Positions 1-14,315 are shown, counted from the stretch's first letter. The stretch is DNA of 64,000 nt from Nitrospirales bacterium (GCA_965203295.1 CBDBCZ010000018.1:1984001-2048000), one strand, 5' to 3'. A program made the numbers and translations. Notes: generated by a model from the letters alone, not told the origin.

Positions 1-3000
1 AAAACTAACGATTTTCTATAAAATCCTTCTTTCCTAAACTGCAGACTAACATCAAGCAAACTAAATGAGCCTTTGAATAACCAGTTCCTTTCTTGAACAT
101 CGATACTTCCTAAGGATTATTGTGTTTGACTAACATCATTCAAACTAAACTAGCCTTTGAATAACCAGCTCTTTTTCTAAACAGTTGGAAAGGGTCAGTT
201 CAATGGTAGCTAGTTACTTTGGCTTAAAGTCTTTGCTAGAGACAAACAAAACTAACAATTTTCAATAAAATCATTCTTTCCTAATCAATGGTAGCTAGTT
301 ACTTTGGCTTAAAGTTTTTGCTAGAGACCAATAAAACTAACGATTTTCAATAAAATCCTTCTTTACTAATCTGCAGACTAACATCAACCAAACTAAACAA
401 GCCTTTGAATAACCAGTTCCTTTCTTGAACATCGATACTTTCTAAGCATGTATTGTATCCGACTAACATCATTTAAACTAAACAAGCCTTTGAATAAACA
501 GTTCTTTTCCTAAACAGTTGGGAAGGGTCAGATCAATGGTAGCTAGTTACTTTGGCTCAAAGTTTTTGCTAGAGACTAACAAAACTAACGATTTTCTATA
601 AATCCTTCTTTCCTAATCTGCAGACTAACATCAAGCAAACTAAACAAGCCTTTGAACAACCAGTTCCTTTCTTGAACATCGATACTTCCTAGGGATTATT
701 GTATTTGACTAACATCATTCAAACTAAACTAGCCTTTGAATAACCAGCTCTTTTTCTAAACAGTTGGAAAGAGTCAGATCAATGGTAGCTAGTGACTTTG
801 GCTTAAAGTCTTTGCTAGAGACCAACAAAACTAACAATTTTCAATAAAATCCTTCTTTCCTAATCTTCAGGCTAACATCAACCAAACTAAACCGGTCTTT
901 GAATAACCAGTTCCTTTCTTGAACATCGATACTTCCTAAGCATGTATTGAATCCGACTAACATCATTTAAACTAAACAAGCCTTTGAATAACCAGTTCTT
1001 TTCCTAAACAGTTGGGAAGGGTCTGATAAATGGTAGCTAGTTACTTTGGCATAAAGTCTTTGCTAGAGACCAACAAAACTAACAATTTTCAAGAAAATCC
1101 TTCTTTCCAAATCTTAAGGCTAAAATCAACAAAACTAAACAGGCCTTTGAATAACCAGATCTTTTTCTAAAAAGTTCGGAAGGGTCTGATAAATGGTAGC
1201 TAGTTACGTTGGCTTAAAGTCTTTGCTAGAGACCAACAAAACTAACAATTTTCAATAAAATCCTTCTTTCCTAATCTGCAGACTAACATCAACAAAACTA
1301 AACAAGCCTTTGAATAACCAGTTCATTTCTTGAACATCGATACTTCCTAAGGATTATTGTATTTGACTAACATCATTCAAACTAAACTAGCCTTTGAATA
1401 ACCAGCTCTTTTTCTAAACAGTTGGGAAGGGTCTGATAAATGGTAGCTAGTTACTTTGGCTTAAAGTCTTTGCTAGAGACAAACAAAACTAACAATTTTC
1501 AAGAAAATCCTTCTTTCCAAATCTTAAGGCTAAAATCAACAAAACTAAACAGGCCTTTGAATAACCAGATCTTTTTCTAAAAAGTTCGGAAGGGTCTGAT
1601 AAATGGTAGCTATTTACTTTGGCTTAAAGTCTTTGCTTGAGAACAACAAAACTAACAATTTTCAATAAAATCCTTCTTTCCTAATCTTCAGACTAACTTC
1701 ATTCAAACTAAACAAGCCTTTGAATAACAATTTCTTTTCCTAAACAGTTGGGAAGGGTCAGATCAAAGGTAGCTAGTTACTTCGGCTTAAAGTCATTGCT
1801 AGAGACCAACAAAACTAACAATTTTCAATAAAAATCCTTCTTTCCTAATCTTCAGACTAACATCAACCAAACTAAACAAGCCTTTGAATAACCAGTTCCT
1901 TTCTTGAACATCGATACTTCCTAAGCATGTATTGTATCCGACTAACATCATTTAAACTAAACAAGCCTTTGAATAACCAGTTCTTTTCCTAAACAGTTGG
2001 GAAGGGTCAGATCAATGGTAGCTAGTTACTTTGGCTCAAAGTCTTGAGACTAACAAAACTAACGATTTTCTATAAAATCCTTCTTTCCTAAACTGCAGAC
2101 TAACATCAAGCAAACTAAATGAGCCTTTGAATAACCAGTTCCTTTCTTGAACATCGATACTTCCTAAGGATTATTGTGTTTGACTAACATCATTCAAACT
2201 AAACTAGCCTTTGAATAACCAGCTCTTTTTCTAAACAGTTGGAAAGGGTCAGTTCAATGGTAGCTAGTTACTTTGGCTTAAAGTCTTTGCTAGAGACAAA
2301 CAAAACTAAATATTTTCAATAAAATCATTCTTTCCTAATCAATGGTAGCTAGTTACTTTGGCTTAAAGTTTTTGCTAGAGACCAATAAAACTAACGATTT
2401 TCAATAAAATCCTTCTTTACTAATCTGCAGACTAACATCAACCAAACTAAACAAGCCTTTGAATAACCAGTTCCTTTCTTGAACATCGATACTTTCTAAG
2501 CATGTATTGTATCCGACTAACATCATTTAAACTAAACAAGCCTTTGAATAAACAGTTCTTTTCCTAAACAGTTGGGAAGGGTCAGATCAATGGTAGCTAG
2601 TTACTTTGGCTCAAAGTTTTTGCTAGAGACTAACAAAACTAACGATTTTCTATAAATCCTTCTTTCCTAATCTGCAGACTAACATCAAGCAAACTAAACA
2701 AGCCTTTGAACAACCAGTTCCTTTCTTGAACATCGATACTTCCTAGGGATTATTGTATTTGACTAACATCATTCAAACTAAACTAGCCTTTGAATAACCA
2801 GCTCTTTTTCTAAACAGTTGGAAAGAGTCAGATCAATGGTAGCTAGTGACTTTGGCTTAAAGTCTTTGCTAGAGACCAACAAAACTAACAATTTTCAATA
2901 AAATCCTTCTTTCCTAATCTTCAGGCTAACATCAACCAAACTAAACCGGTCTTTGAATAACCAGTTCCTTTCTTGAACATCGATACTTCCTAAGCATGTA

Positions 3001-3147
3001 TTGAATCCGACTAACATCATTTAAACTAAACAAGCCTTTGAATAACCAGTTCTTTTCCTAAACAGTTGGGAAGGGTCTGATAAATGGTAGCTAGTTACTT
3101 TGGCATAAAGTCTTTGCTAGAGACCAACAAAACTAACAATTTTCAAT
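1..3147 (+). repeat. Local higher-order duplication, offset 2054 bp
   Basis: 1-~1093 is repeated at 2055-~3147 with shared rare variants (CTAAACTGCAG, AAATGAGCC, TAGGGATTATTG, ACCGGTCTTTG). Confidence 0.85.
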
Positions 3148-6100
3148 AAAATACTTCTTTCCTAATCTGCAGACTAACATCAACCAAACTAAACAAGCCT
3201 TTGAATAACCAGTTCCTTTCTTGAACATCGATACTTCCTAAGGATGTATTGTATTTGACTAACATCATTCAAACTAAACTAGCCTTTGAATAACCAGTTC
3301 GTTTCTTAACCAGTTGGGAAGAATCAGATCAATGGTAGCTAGTGACTTTGGCTTAAAGTCTTTGACAGAGACCAACAAATAAAACAATTTTCAATGAAAT
3401 CCTTCTTTCCTAATCTTCAGACAAACATCAACCAAACTAAACAAGCATTTGAATAACAAGTTCCTTTCTTGAACATCAATACTTCCTAGGCATGTATTGT
3501 ATTTGACTAACATCATTCAAACTAAACAAGCCTTTGCATAACCAGTTCTTTTTCTTAAACTGTTGGGAAGGGTCAGATCAATGGTAGCTAGTTACTTTGG
3601 CTCAAAGTCTTTGCTAGAGACCAACAAAACTAACGATTTTCTATAAAATACTTCTTTCCTAATCTGCAGACTAACATCAAGCAAACTAAACAAGCCTTTG
3701 AATAACCAGTTCCTTTCTTGAACATCGATACTTCCTAAGCATGTATTGTATCTGACTAACATCATTCAAACTAAACAAGCCTTTGAATAACAGGTTCTTT
3801 TCCTAAACAGTTGGGAAGGGTCAGATCAATGGTAGCCAGTTACTTTGGCTGAAAGTCTTTGCCTGAGACCAACAAAACTAACAATTTTCAATAAAATCCT
3901 TCTTTCCTAATCTTCAGACTAACATCAACCGAACTAAAAAAGCCTTTGAATAACAAGATACTTTCTGAACATAGATACTTCCTAAGCATGTATTGAATCT
4001 AACTTATATCATTCAAACTAAACAAGCCTTTGAATAACCAGTTCGTTTCCTAAACAGTTGGGAAAGGTCAGATCAATGGTAGCTACTTACATTGGCTTAA
4101 AGTCTTTGCCAGAGACAAAAAAAATAACAATTTTTGAGTAAAATTCTTCTTTCCTAATCTTCAGACTAACATCAACAAAACTAAACTGGCCTTTGAATAA
4201 CCAGTTTCTTGAACATCGATACTTCCTAAGCATGTATTGTATCTGACTAACATTATTCAAACTAAACAAGCCTTTGCATAACCAGTTCTTTTCCTAAACA
4301 GTTGGGAAGGGTCAGATCAATGGTAGTTTGTTACTTTGGCTTAAAGTCTTTGCTAGAGACCTACAAAACTAACAATTTTAAATAAATCCTTCTTTCCTAA
4401 TCTTCAGACTAACATCAACCAAACTAAAAAAGCCTTTGAATAACAAGTTCCTTTCTTGAACATCGATACTTCCTAGGCATGTATTGTATCTGACTAACAT
4501 CATTTAAACTAAACAAGCCTTTGAATAACCAGTTCTTTTCCTAAACAGTTGGGAAGGGTCAGATCAATGGTAGTTAGTTACTTTGGCTCAAAGTCTTTGC
4601 TAGAGACCAACAAAACTAACGATTTTCTATAAAATACTTCTTTTCTAATCTGCAAACTAACATCAAGCAAACTAAACAAGCATTTGAATAACCAGTTCCT
4701 TTTTTGAACATCGATACTTCCTAAGGATTATTGTATTTGACTAAAATCATTCAAACTAAACTAGCCTTTGAATAACCAGCTCTTTTTCTAAACAGTTGGG
4801 AAGGGTCAGATAAATGGTAGCTAGTGACTTTGGCTTAAAGTCTTTGCTAGAGACCAACAAAACTAACAATTTTCAAGAAAATCCTTCTTTCCTAATCTTA
4901 AGGCTAAAATCAACAAAACTAAACAGGCCTTTGAATAACCAGTTCTTTTTCTAAACAGTTCGGAAGGGTCACATAAATGGTAGCTATTTACTTTGGCTTA
5001 AAGTCTTTACTAGAGACCAACAAAACTAACAATTTTCAATAAAATCCTTCTTTCCTAATCTTCAGACTAACTTCATTCAAACTAAACAAGCCTTTGAATA
5101 ACAAGTTCTTTTCCTAAACAGTTGGGAAGGGTCAGATCAATGGTAGCTAGTTAATTTGGCTTAAAGTCTTTGCTAGAGACCAACAAAACTAACAATTTTC
5201 AATAAAATCCTTCTTTCCTAATCAATGGTAGCTAGTTGCTTTGGCTCAAAGTCTCTGCTAGAGACCAACAAAACTAACAATTTTCAATAAAATCCTTCTT
5301 TCCTAATCTGCAGACAAACATCAACCAAACTAAACAAGCCTTTGAATAACCAGTTCCTTTCTTGAACATCGATATTTTCTAAGCATGTATTGTATTTGAC
5401 TAACATCATTCAAACTAAACAAGCCTTTGAATAACAGGTTCTTTTCCTAAACAGTTAGGAAGGGTCAGATCAATGGTAGACAGTTATTTTGGATGAAAGT
5501 CTTTGCCTGAGACCAACAAAACTAACAATTTTCAATAAAATCCTTCTTTCCTAATCTTCAGACTAATCCTAATCTTCAGACTAACATCAACCAAACTAAA
5601 CAAGCCTTTGAATAACAAGTTCCTTTCTTGAACATCGATACTTCCTAGGCATGTATTGTATTTGACTAACATCATTCAAACTAAAAAAGCCTTTGAATAT
5701 CCAGTTCTTTTTCTAAACAGTTGGGAAGAATCAGATCAAAGGTAGCTAGTTACTTCGGCTTAAAATCATTGCTAGAGACAAACAAAACTAACAATTTTCA
5801 ATAAAATCCTTCTTTCCTAATCTGCAGACAAACATCAATCAAACTAAACAAGCCTTTGTATAACCAGTTACTTTTTTGAACATCGATACTTCCTAAGCAT
5901 GTATTGTATCCGACTAACATCATTTAAACTAAACAAGCCTTTGAATAACCAGTTCTTTTCCTAAACAGTTGGGAAGGGTCAGATCAATGGTAGCTAGTTA
6001 CTTTGGCTCAAAGTTTTTGCTAGAGACTAACAAAACTAACGATTTTCTATAAAATCCTTCTTTCCTAATCTGCAGACTAACATCAAGCCAACTAAACAAG

Positions 6101-8347
6101 CCCTTGAATAACCAGTTCCTTTCTTGAACATTGATACTTCCTAAGGATTATTGTATTTGACTAACATCATTCAAACTAAACTAGCCTTTGAATAACCAGC
6201 TCTTTTTCTAAACAGTTGGAAAGGGTCAGATCAATGGTAGCTAGTGACTTTGGCTTAAAGTCTTTGCTAGAGACCAACAAAACTAACAATTTTTAATAAA
6301 ATCCTTCTTTCCTAATCTTCAGGCTAACATCAACAAAACTAAACAGTCCTTTGAATAACCAGTTCTTTTTCTAAACAGTTCGGAAGGGTCTGATAAATGG
6401 TAGCTAGTTACTTTGGCATAAAGTCTTTGCTAGAGACCAACAAAACTAACAATTTTCAATAAAATCTTTCTTTCCTAATCTTCAGACTAACATCATTCAA
6501 ACTAAACAAGCCTTTGAATAACAAGTTCTTTTCCTAAACAGTTGGGAAGGGTCAGATCAATGGTAGCTAGTTACTTTGGCTTAAAATCTTTGCTAGAGAC
6601 CAACAAAACTAACAATTTTAAATAAAATCATTCTTTCCTAATCAATGGTGGCTAGTTACTTTGGCTTAAAGTCTTTGCTAGAGACCAACAAAACTAACAA
6701 TTTTCAATAAAATCCTTCTTTCCTAATCTGCAGACTAACATCAACTAAACTAAACAAGCCTTTGAATAACCTGTTCCTTTCTTGAACATCGATACTTCCT
6801 AAGGATGTATTGTATTTGACTAACATCATTCAAACTAAACTAGCCTTTGAATAACCAGTTCGTTAGTTAGTTTGGCATTTAGGCTTTGCCAGAGACAAAA
6901 AAAATAACAATTTTTGAGTAAAATTCTCCTTTCCTAATCTTCAGACTAACATCAACCAAACTAAACCGGCCTTTGAATAACCAGTTCAATTCTTGAACAT
7001 CGATACTTCCTAAGCATGTATTGTATCTGACTAACATCATTCAAACTAAACAAGCCTTTGCATTACCAATTCTTTTCCTAAACAGTTGGGAAGGGTCAGA
7101 TCAATGGTAGCTTGTTACTTTGGCTTAAAGTCTTTGCCAGAGACCAACAAAACTAACAATTTTCAATAAATCCTTCTTTCCTAATCTTCAGACAAACATC
7201 AACCAAACTAAACAAGCCTATGAATAACAAGTTCCTTTCTTGAACATCGATACTTCCTAGGCATGTATTGTATTTGACTAACATCATTCAAACTAAACAA
7301 GCCTTTGAATAACCAGTTCTTTTTCTAAACAGTTGGGAAGAGTGAGATCAATGGTAGCTAGTTACTTCGGCTTAAAGTCATTGCTAGAGACCAACAAAAT
7401 AACAATTTTCAATAAAATCCTTCTTTCCTAATCTTCAGACTAATATCAACCAAACTAAACAAGCCTTTGAATAACCAGTTCCTTTCTTGAACATTGATAC
7501 TTCCTAAGCATGTATTGAATCCGACTAACATCATTTAAACTAAACAAGCCTTTGAATAACCAGTTCCTTTCTTGAACATCGATACTTCCTAAGCATGTAT
7601 TGTATCTGACTAACATCATTCAAACTAAACAAGCCTTTGCATAACCAATTCTTTTCCTAAACAGTTGGGAAGGGTCAGATCAATGGTAGCTAACTTCATT
7701 CAAACTAAAAAAACCTTTGAATAACAAGTTCTTTTCCTAAACAGTTGGGAAGGGTCAGATCAATGGTAGCTAGTTAATTTGGCTTAAAGTCTTTGCTAGA
7801 GACCAACAAAACTAACAATTTTCAATAAAATCCTTCTTTCCTAATCAATGGTAGCTAGTTGCTTTGGCTCAAAGTCTCTGCTAGAGACCAACAAAACTAA
7901 CAATTTTCAATAAAATCCTTCTTTCCTAATCTGCAGACTAACATCAACCAAACTAAACAAGCCTTTGAATAACCAGTTCCTTTCTTGAACATCGATACTT
8001 CCTAAGCATGTATTGTATACGACTAACATCATTCAAACTAAACAAGCTTTTGAATAACCAGTTCTTTTCCTAAACAGTTGGGAAGGGTCAGATCAATGGT
8101 AGCTAGTTACTTTGGCTCAAAGTCTTTGTTAGAGACTAACAAAACTGACGATTTTCTATAAAATCCTTCTTTCCTAATCTGCAGACAACATCAACCAAAC
8201 TAAACAAGCCTTTGAATAACCAGTTCCTTTCTTGAACATCGATACTTCCTAAGGATGTATTGTATTTGACTAACATCATTCAAACTAAACTAGCCTTTGA
8301 ATAACCAGTTCGTTTCCTAACCAGTTGGGAATGGTCAGATCAATGGT
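1..8347 (+). repeat. Satellite DNA array, left block (ABC ~247 bp / AC ~163 bp monomers)
   Basis: Continuous head-to-tail repeat. The AATGGT landmark ends at 540, 786, 1034, 1197, 1444 and 1607 (spacings 246-248 and 163). The array stops at ...CAGATCAATGGT (8347). Confidence 0.97.
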
Positions 8348-8610
8348 GGAGCTCTGCTGATTCTGGCGTCAACGCAAGGACCGCAGTTTCAATCGCCAAG
8401 AGGTTGCTCTTCAGATAAGACAATCTGCGTGATGCAGTTGAACAGGGACGCATGCTCTAAGTGGATTAACGATGCACAGAGTAGATAGGTGCACCAACTT
8501 CTCGTATCATTCCAATAGTAATCATGAAGTCTGAATAACTGAACAACTACTACACAGTGGCAAAAAGAGATATATATAGAAAAAAGGAGAGTTCTAGAAT
8601 GTTCCATAGA

Positions 8611-8679
8611 CAGGTGGCACAAGAACAGGTGGCACAAGAACAGGTGGCACAAGAACAGGTGGCACAAGAACAGGTGGCA
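8611..8679 (+). repeat. 15-bp minisatellite (CAGGTGGCACAAGAA) x4.6
   Basis: Four perfect units (8611-8670) plus a partial unit. It generates the QVAQE/PPVLV/CHLFL pseudo-ORFs. Confidence 0.95.
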
Positions 8680-9257
8680 AGGACAAGGGAAAATCAGGAG
8701 TCAGAAGTCTATGTACAAGAGAAACAGGAAAGGGCCTAAAGCATCTTCCAGCATGGTTACAACTACAACATGAACAATAGCTAATCATTGACATATCTCT
8801 AACAGACGTACATGTATGTACATGTGGATCGACAAATGTGACCTGATGAGTAACAACCAGTACTTTCGAATAAGTCAATTTTATGATACGTAACTATGCA
8901 CAAACTAACTGAAATGTGAGTAGTTTTATAGGTGGCATTGCTTCCATGACAATACATACCAATTTTAGTACGTATGTGTTGCCACACTATTGACCCAGAC
9001 GTGAATTTCCATGCCATAGAGTTTGCAGTATTCTCAATCGCGGCAATGTTATGAAAATGGCAGTGCTACATGTACCAAAAGAAACTTGTCCTGTACCAAT
9101 TCATTCTCACTACTGTTGATGAAAATTGTCCAAGTGCTGGATTTTCACACAGCAGGTCACATAGAACTTCTCCACAGTAATAAGTGTATGTTACACAGGA
9201 GGAAAAGGAAATTATATATCCTTACATATCTCTCTTCAGAGTGTAGTTAAATCTTAC

Positions 9258-9357
9258 TCAAAATTGTGTGGTAGTGCTAGCAGTTCCCCAGATGCAAAGG
9301 CTGGTAAACCACGAGGGGTCCTTATGTCCGCTTCCATTTCATCTTGCACTGCTGTAC
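9258..9357 (-). pseudogene. TRAPPC13: Orphan exon of a TRAPPC13 (C5orf44/Trs65-like) homolog, N-terminal part
   Basis: 100-nt exon flanked by TAG acceptor and GTAAG donor. It encodes (G)TAVQDEMEADIRTPRGLPAFASGELLALPHNF, gap-free colinear with human [34 protein letters not shown] as recalled. A possible degraded preceding exon lies at 9490-9524 (LASLTRPVMYF* vs VMRLTKPTLF). Confidence 0.7.
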
Positions 9358-10174
9358 CTACATGTAAGTACATGCACATGAACAACAATGTTAAAAAACA
9401 AAGGTAAAATTTTATTCATGCATTGTAATATGGTATAATGAGCCTCAGATGTATGCACATGTGGAAAACAAGTTAGAAACCTATCTTCAGAAATACATGA
9501 CTGGCCGAGTAAGAGAGGCTAGTACTGAAAATGTCATAGTTTGTAATTAGGGTGGATTTATCAAGCTCCTTCTTGAGCTTACATGTACATGTACTACAGT
9601 GTGTATTGCTGATCAACGTGCGATGAACGCTGTTAGATTAATTGCTAAGAAAATGAATTATGTATAAAAATGTTATCAGGCAGTTATCTATGGTAGAACA
9701 GCAAAATGTTTACATGCACTACAAGAAGCACACTGAGACTTTGCAGAAACAGGAGGAACTGAGTTTAGTCAGAAGCTGTAGTAATACGTAATCAAACTAG
9801 CTGTAGACTTTCAGTATAACCACTTACAATAAGTAATCATAAATGGCTGCATATCGCAATTGTACTTTACCATACAGTTAGTGTCATTCATAGTAGAAAT
9901 TACTAGCAGTTAACTATCAAGACCACAGCCTCTTTACTTTGTCAGCAATTAAGTCACTTAGCCTGCTAAAATTTAATAGATTGAATTTAATTGGCCTGTT
10001 TTCAGCCCCTGACATCTCAAAATTCATTGCGTCAGAAATACTGGAATGGGTTCATTATACAATGAGTATCAAATATACTGACTGTACTCACCCAGTATGC
10101 TCCATGGCTCTCCCAGCACTGGAACCGACGTCATTAGAGACGGCTTTGTCAGCCGCATAACTGTATGCAGTTGT

Positions 10175-10470
<296 letters not shown>

Positions 10471-10861
10471 TGACTGCTGCTGCTGTACCTACATGTACAT
10501 TTACAAAGAGAAACTGCTGACCACGTGCGCAGTATATTACGTCATACGTTACTATGCAACTGCCGTGTATAGCTACAGCAAATGAAGGTTGTTGTGTGTT
10601 GCCTAGATGGCGAAAACGTGGTAGGAAGCCGTAAAGATTCTGTTTTCGCGACATATAGCTACTAACTGGAAGCACACAACGAAACTGACGACTCAGCACT
10701 TTCGCTGTACAGAGTTACGTAGATTGCTTAGTTTCTGCAGCTCAGCATAGTTACTATAATTTGTAGTTCTACAGTTGCAGTTACTTTGGCCTAAGCTGAG
10801 TTGTGTATTGTACGGGAAAGGTGGGAAAGGTTCCCGGCTAGTTTTTAGACATGAAATGTCA

Positions 10862-11045
10862 GACTTGTCTATACAAGCTAACAATTGACCCTTGTCTGCG
10901 GAATACTCTCCTCTGTCCAAACTACTTCATATAAACTTTCAACAGATTAGCCATTCCTTTGCCACCATACTTAAAAAGCTCCCCAACTAGCCCATCATTA
11001 CCTTCTGCTTTTTATTCTTTAGACTTTTAGAACATATCTTTTGAG
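10862..11045 (-). pseudogene. Non-LTR retrotransposon (LINE) ORF2 fragment, pre-RT region, frameshifted
   Basis: Minus strand reads KAEGNDGLVGELFKYGGKGMANLL..YEVVWTEESIP..QG, matching the K.PG.DG...E..K.GG motif that precedes LINE RT domains. Confidence 0.75.
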
Positions 11046-12925
11046 TTCTGCATATGTACCTACCAACTCGCGTTGAATATCTGTCAATGAACATAAATGA
11101 TCCTGAAGGAATATCTGTTATTTGTGCGTCTATACCATTACTACGGTCAATGAACGTCAATGACCCTGAAGGGTTGATATGAGCATGAGAGGTGTATGTC
11201 CCCGTATTACCAACAATAATACCATTGTGCTAAGAGCTGGACAAACAAGAGCATATACGTACAAAGAAAGTGACAAGGGTATAGTGAAATGTCTAGTTCG
11301 CAGTTTTTGAATCAAACAGACGACTGGTCAAAGTACACTTTAATAACTTCCACACTATAGATCTATGTGTGCATTTTAATAGATCAATAATTATATCATG
11401 CCAAGTTTATGGAAACAGGAGGGGCACCTTAACCCTACAACAGTAGCTACACAATCATGCCACTCACATGCCAGTTTGATGTAGTTTCCTGACTGCAACA
11501 GACTGCATTTATGTCAGTATAGAAATTTGAAATAGCACTGACCTGTGTGGTAGAGGTTTGCAAAGCTCAAAACTTTATTGTGTAACAGATTGTAATGGGC
11601 AAAGGAGTGTTTCCTATATGAAAGGCCTTGCAATTGAAAACGTACAACTGTGGAATATTGTACAACTGTGGAATATTTATAGCGTCTGGTTCACTAAAGC
11701 AGTTTCACAAGCCAGCCCACTTACATTCTACAGCATCCATCACTTACAGTATTGGCATGTGGAAGAGACATGTGCTGATAGCCTGATGCTGACACTCTTC
11801 CACATGCCATGCTGATACTGAAAGTAATCCGTTTGATTCTGTGACTACCACTGAAGTTACCAAGTGCCCTCAACAGAGACAAGAAAAGTACAAGTGTAGG
11901 CCAGAGCAAGTTGTCACCCCACCCCACCCATGCCCCACAGCCCATGCACAGGTGACACTCAATCTACTTCCACAACAAATGTACACTTGTTTACACAACT
12001 GTGTGAACAAACAAATATAACTAGGAGGTAAGATGCAAAAAGCCTTGTGTCAAAGTACCATTGGGTAAATGTTCTACAAATACCTGTCCAATCTTACTAA
12101 TGCATTGCTTCTGATTTGAAAGCATGTCCACTTATGTAATAGGGTCAATGCTCTGTAAGTATACAAACATACTATCATAAGTAAAGTACAAAGAACTGAA
12201 ACACTGACAGCTATTTGGGCTTTGTGAGTGCGGTGATGGTGTGTGTAGCACCTAGAGCTGACCAGCAGCTACATACAGCTCTTAATTTGACTCACACCAG
12301 GAAAGCCTCTATGAATTAAAAGTGAACAAAGGCTCTACTGTAGTTTAGCTTTTCTCTGGTCTCCTAATCCTTCAATTACAATAGAAAAACTACTGATAAA
12401 CATGATTTCCTAAGTCAACCCAAAAGTTAGCAACACCCAACTGCCAGACACTGAAGCCAGACACACTAATTTTCTCCAGCCCAGTTGCTAGGGTAGGCTA
12501 AGGTTCCCCAGTGGTTATTGATAATGACAAGATCATCATTGCACTACATGTCCAACTACCTCTGTGATTGCACATCAACATGACTGTTTTCCAAGAGTGC
12601 ATTTATATATATATAAACTATTAAATGCACTCATGCTGTTGACAGATATTGGTATTGTCATTACCAAGGATCAGCAGCTGTTTGATAGAGCTTCCTTCAG
12701 ACCCAGTTACCCACTTATTGGTTCAATAAAGTGACACCTGTTAATTCCAAGTTTCAGCTAACTGTGAGTTATGATCCAGCATTGTTCTCAGCTGCTGGTC
12801 GACACTAGCTACCAGGAATCCAATACCTGATTCTGTGAAAGTGTTTAGCCAACTACGTACATTGTATACTATTGCACCTACGAACAAACTGGTGTGCTTT
12901 ATTTTTACATTTCAAATGGACTTAT

Positions 12926-13056
12926 TCTTCCTCTTTATTTGCAAGCTTGTTGAGATTAACAGCTTCAAAGCCCGCAGCAGGGTCAAACTTTACAACTTCT
13001 GAGTACATTGGATCTGTAGTGGTGTTCTGGATCTGAACTTCAAGAAGAATATCATC
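12926..13056 (-). pseudogene. TRAPPC13: Orphan exon of a TRAPPC13 homolog, central part
   Basis: CAG acceptor, then DDILLEVQIQNTTTDPMYSEVVKFDPAAGFEAVNLNKLANKEE, compared with recalled human [36 protein letters not shown]. The donor position reads ATAAGT instead of GTAAGT. Confidence 0.8.
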
Positions 13057-13184
13057 CTGCGTGGTTTATTATGCAGTTCATCATTCACAAGCCATCAACT
13101 ACGTACTATTACGTTGATGTTCTCACCCACCCATTCCACACCAATGCACAACTCCCTGGGTCAAGCTGGGATATTGGGGGTATC

Positions 13185-13333
13185 GTCAAATATGCTGGGA
13201 AGGAGTCAATAGTTCCACCTGTACAATGTGAAACACAGCTACTGTACACACTGCCTAGTCAAATATGCTGGGAAGGAGTTAATAGTTCCACCTGCACAAT
13301 GTGAAGACACAGCTACTGTACACACTGCCTAGT
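13185..13333 (+). repeat. 73-bp tandem duplication
   Basis: CAAATATGCTGGGAAGGAGT...CACACTGCCTAGT occurs twice (13187 and 13260) with about 3 differences. Confidence 0.9.
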
Positions 13334-13496
13334 TCAAGATAAGTGCTGCAGTTAGCAGTAACAATAGCAGCAATTAGCGATAGACATTTGTGACTTTCCT
13401 GATAAGGAATATAAACGGAGCTGATCTGCTTGGCTGAGTCAGCATCTCCTATGCCTATGCATTACATGCATAACTTGTCCTAATATCGCTAGGGTC

Positions 13497-13750
13497 AAAA
13501 TAGCTTTCCGACCACATTCAATAGTGTAATGCCTCTGGAATTACCTGGGTCCTCAGCATCACCTTTCTATAAAAGCTAATAATCAACCCTTGTCTCTGAT
13601 GTTTGGAAATACTCTCCCTTATCCAAACTACCTCATATAAGACTATCAACAGATTAGCCATTCTTTTCTCCCCGTACTTTAAAAAACTCCCCAACTAGTC
13701 CATCCTTACCTCCCGTTTTATTACTTTTAAGAACACCTTTTGAGCATTCA
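13497..13750 (-). pseudogene. LINE ORF2 fragment (second copy), start of RT region
   Basis: Minus strand, with frameshifts, reads KTGGKDGLVGEF.KYGEKRMANLLIVLYEVVWIRESISKHQRQGLIISFY.KGDAEDPGNSRGITLLNVVGKLF. This is the NYRGITLL-type motif. Confidence 0.8.
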
Positions 13751-14096
13751 AACTTAAGGTTCTGTGATGCGCTAGTGAATATGTATGGTCATAAGAGGGT
13801 ATGTACATACATTTACAAAGAGAAACTGAGCTAAACAAGTCAGTTGCCACATGATTAGAGCTACATGCTAAGAACGGAACAAACAAGAGCATATACCGTA
13901 CAAAGAAAGTGACAAGGGTATAGAGAAATGTCTAGTTCGCAGTTTTTGAATCAAACAGACGACTGGTCAAACGCACAATTTAATAACTCCCACACGATGT
14001 ATGTGTGCATTTTAATACATGAGTATGTTGTTTAGTAATTATAAACCAACAAGTCACCCATAGAGGTGGTCTTTCAAGAGTTCCAGTGTTACTCTA

Positions 14097-14315
14097 AGCT
14101 TTTGTTGGGCTACATTGGGATACACACAAGCTGCAAAGCAACAGACCTACATTTGCATAGTTCTAGTCACTTGGAAGGCACCACCACAGTGTACAAACCC
14201 CATCTACTTTGGCAGTGCCTTTCAAGCCGGGGTATACACATCCATATACCCTAGGGTACATGAGGGTTGCTGGGCAACTGTGATAGTCTGTTCTACAAAC
14301 TGTGAAACAATTAGC
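14097..14315 (+). repeat. Dispersed ~215-bp repeat, second copy at 19707-19919
   Basis: AGCTTTTGTTGGGCTACAT...GTGAAACAATTAGC is present at both loci with scattered differences. Confidence 0.85.

Noticed and set aside
8389..8878. QVAQE, PPVLV and CHLFL repeat ORFs
   Set aside because: By-products of the stop-free 15-bp minisatellite; no supporting gene structure.
8799..9017. MAWK... ORF as PCMT1 exon 1
   Set aside because: Similarity stops after four residues and there is no suitable donor site; likely coincidence.
11753..11809. 15-bp inverted repeat TGGCATGTGGAAGAG as an independent element
   Set aside because: No termini or TSD could be defined; probably the interior of a decayed micro-MITE starting near 11700.
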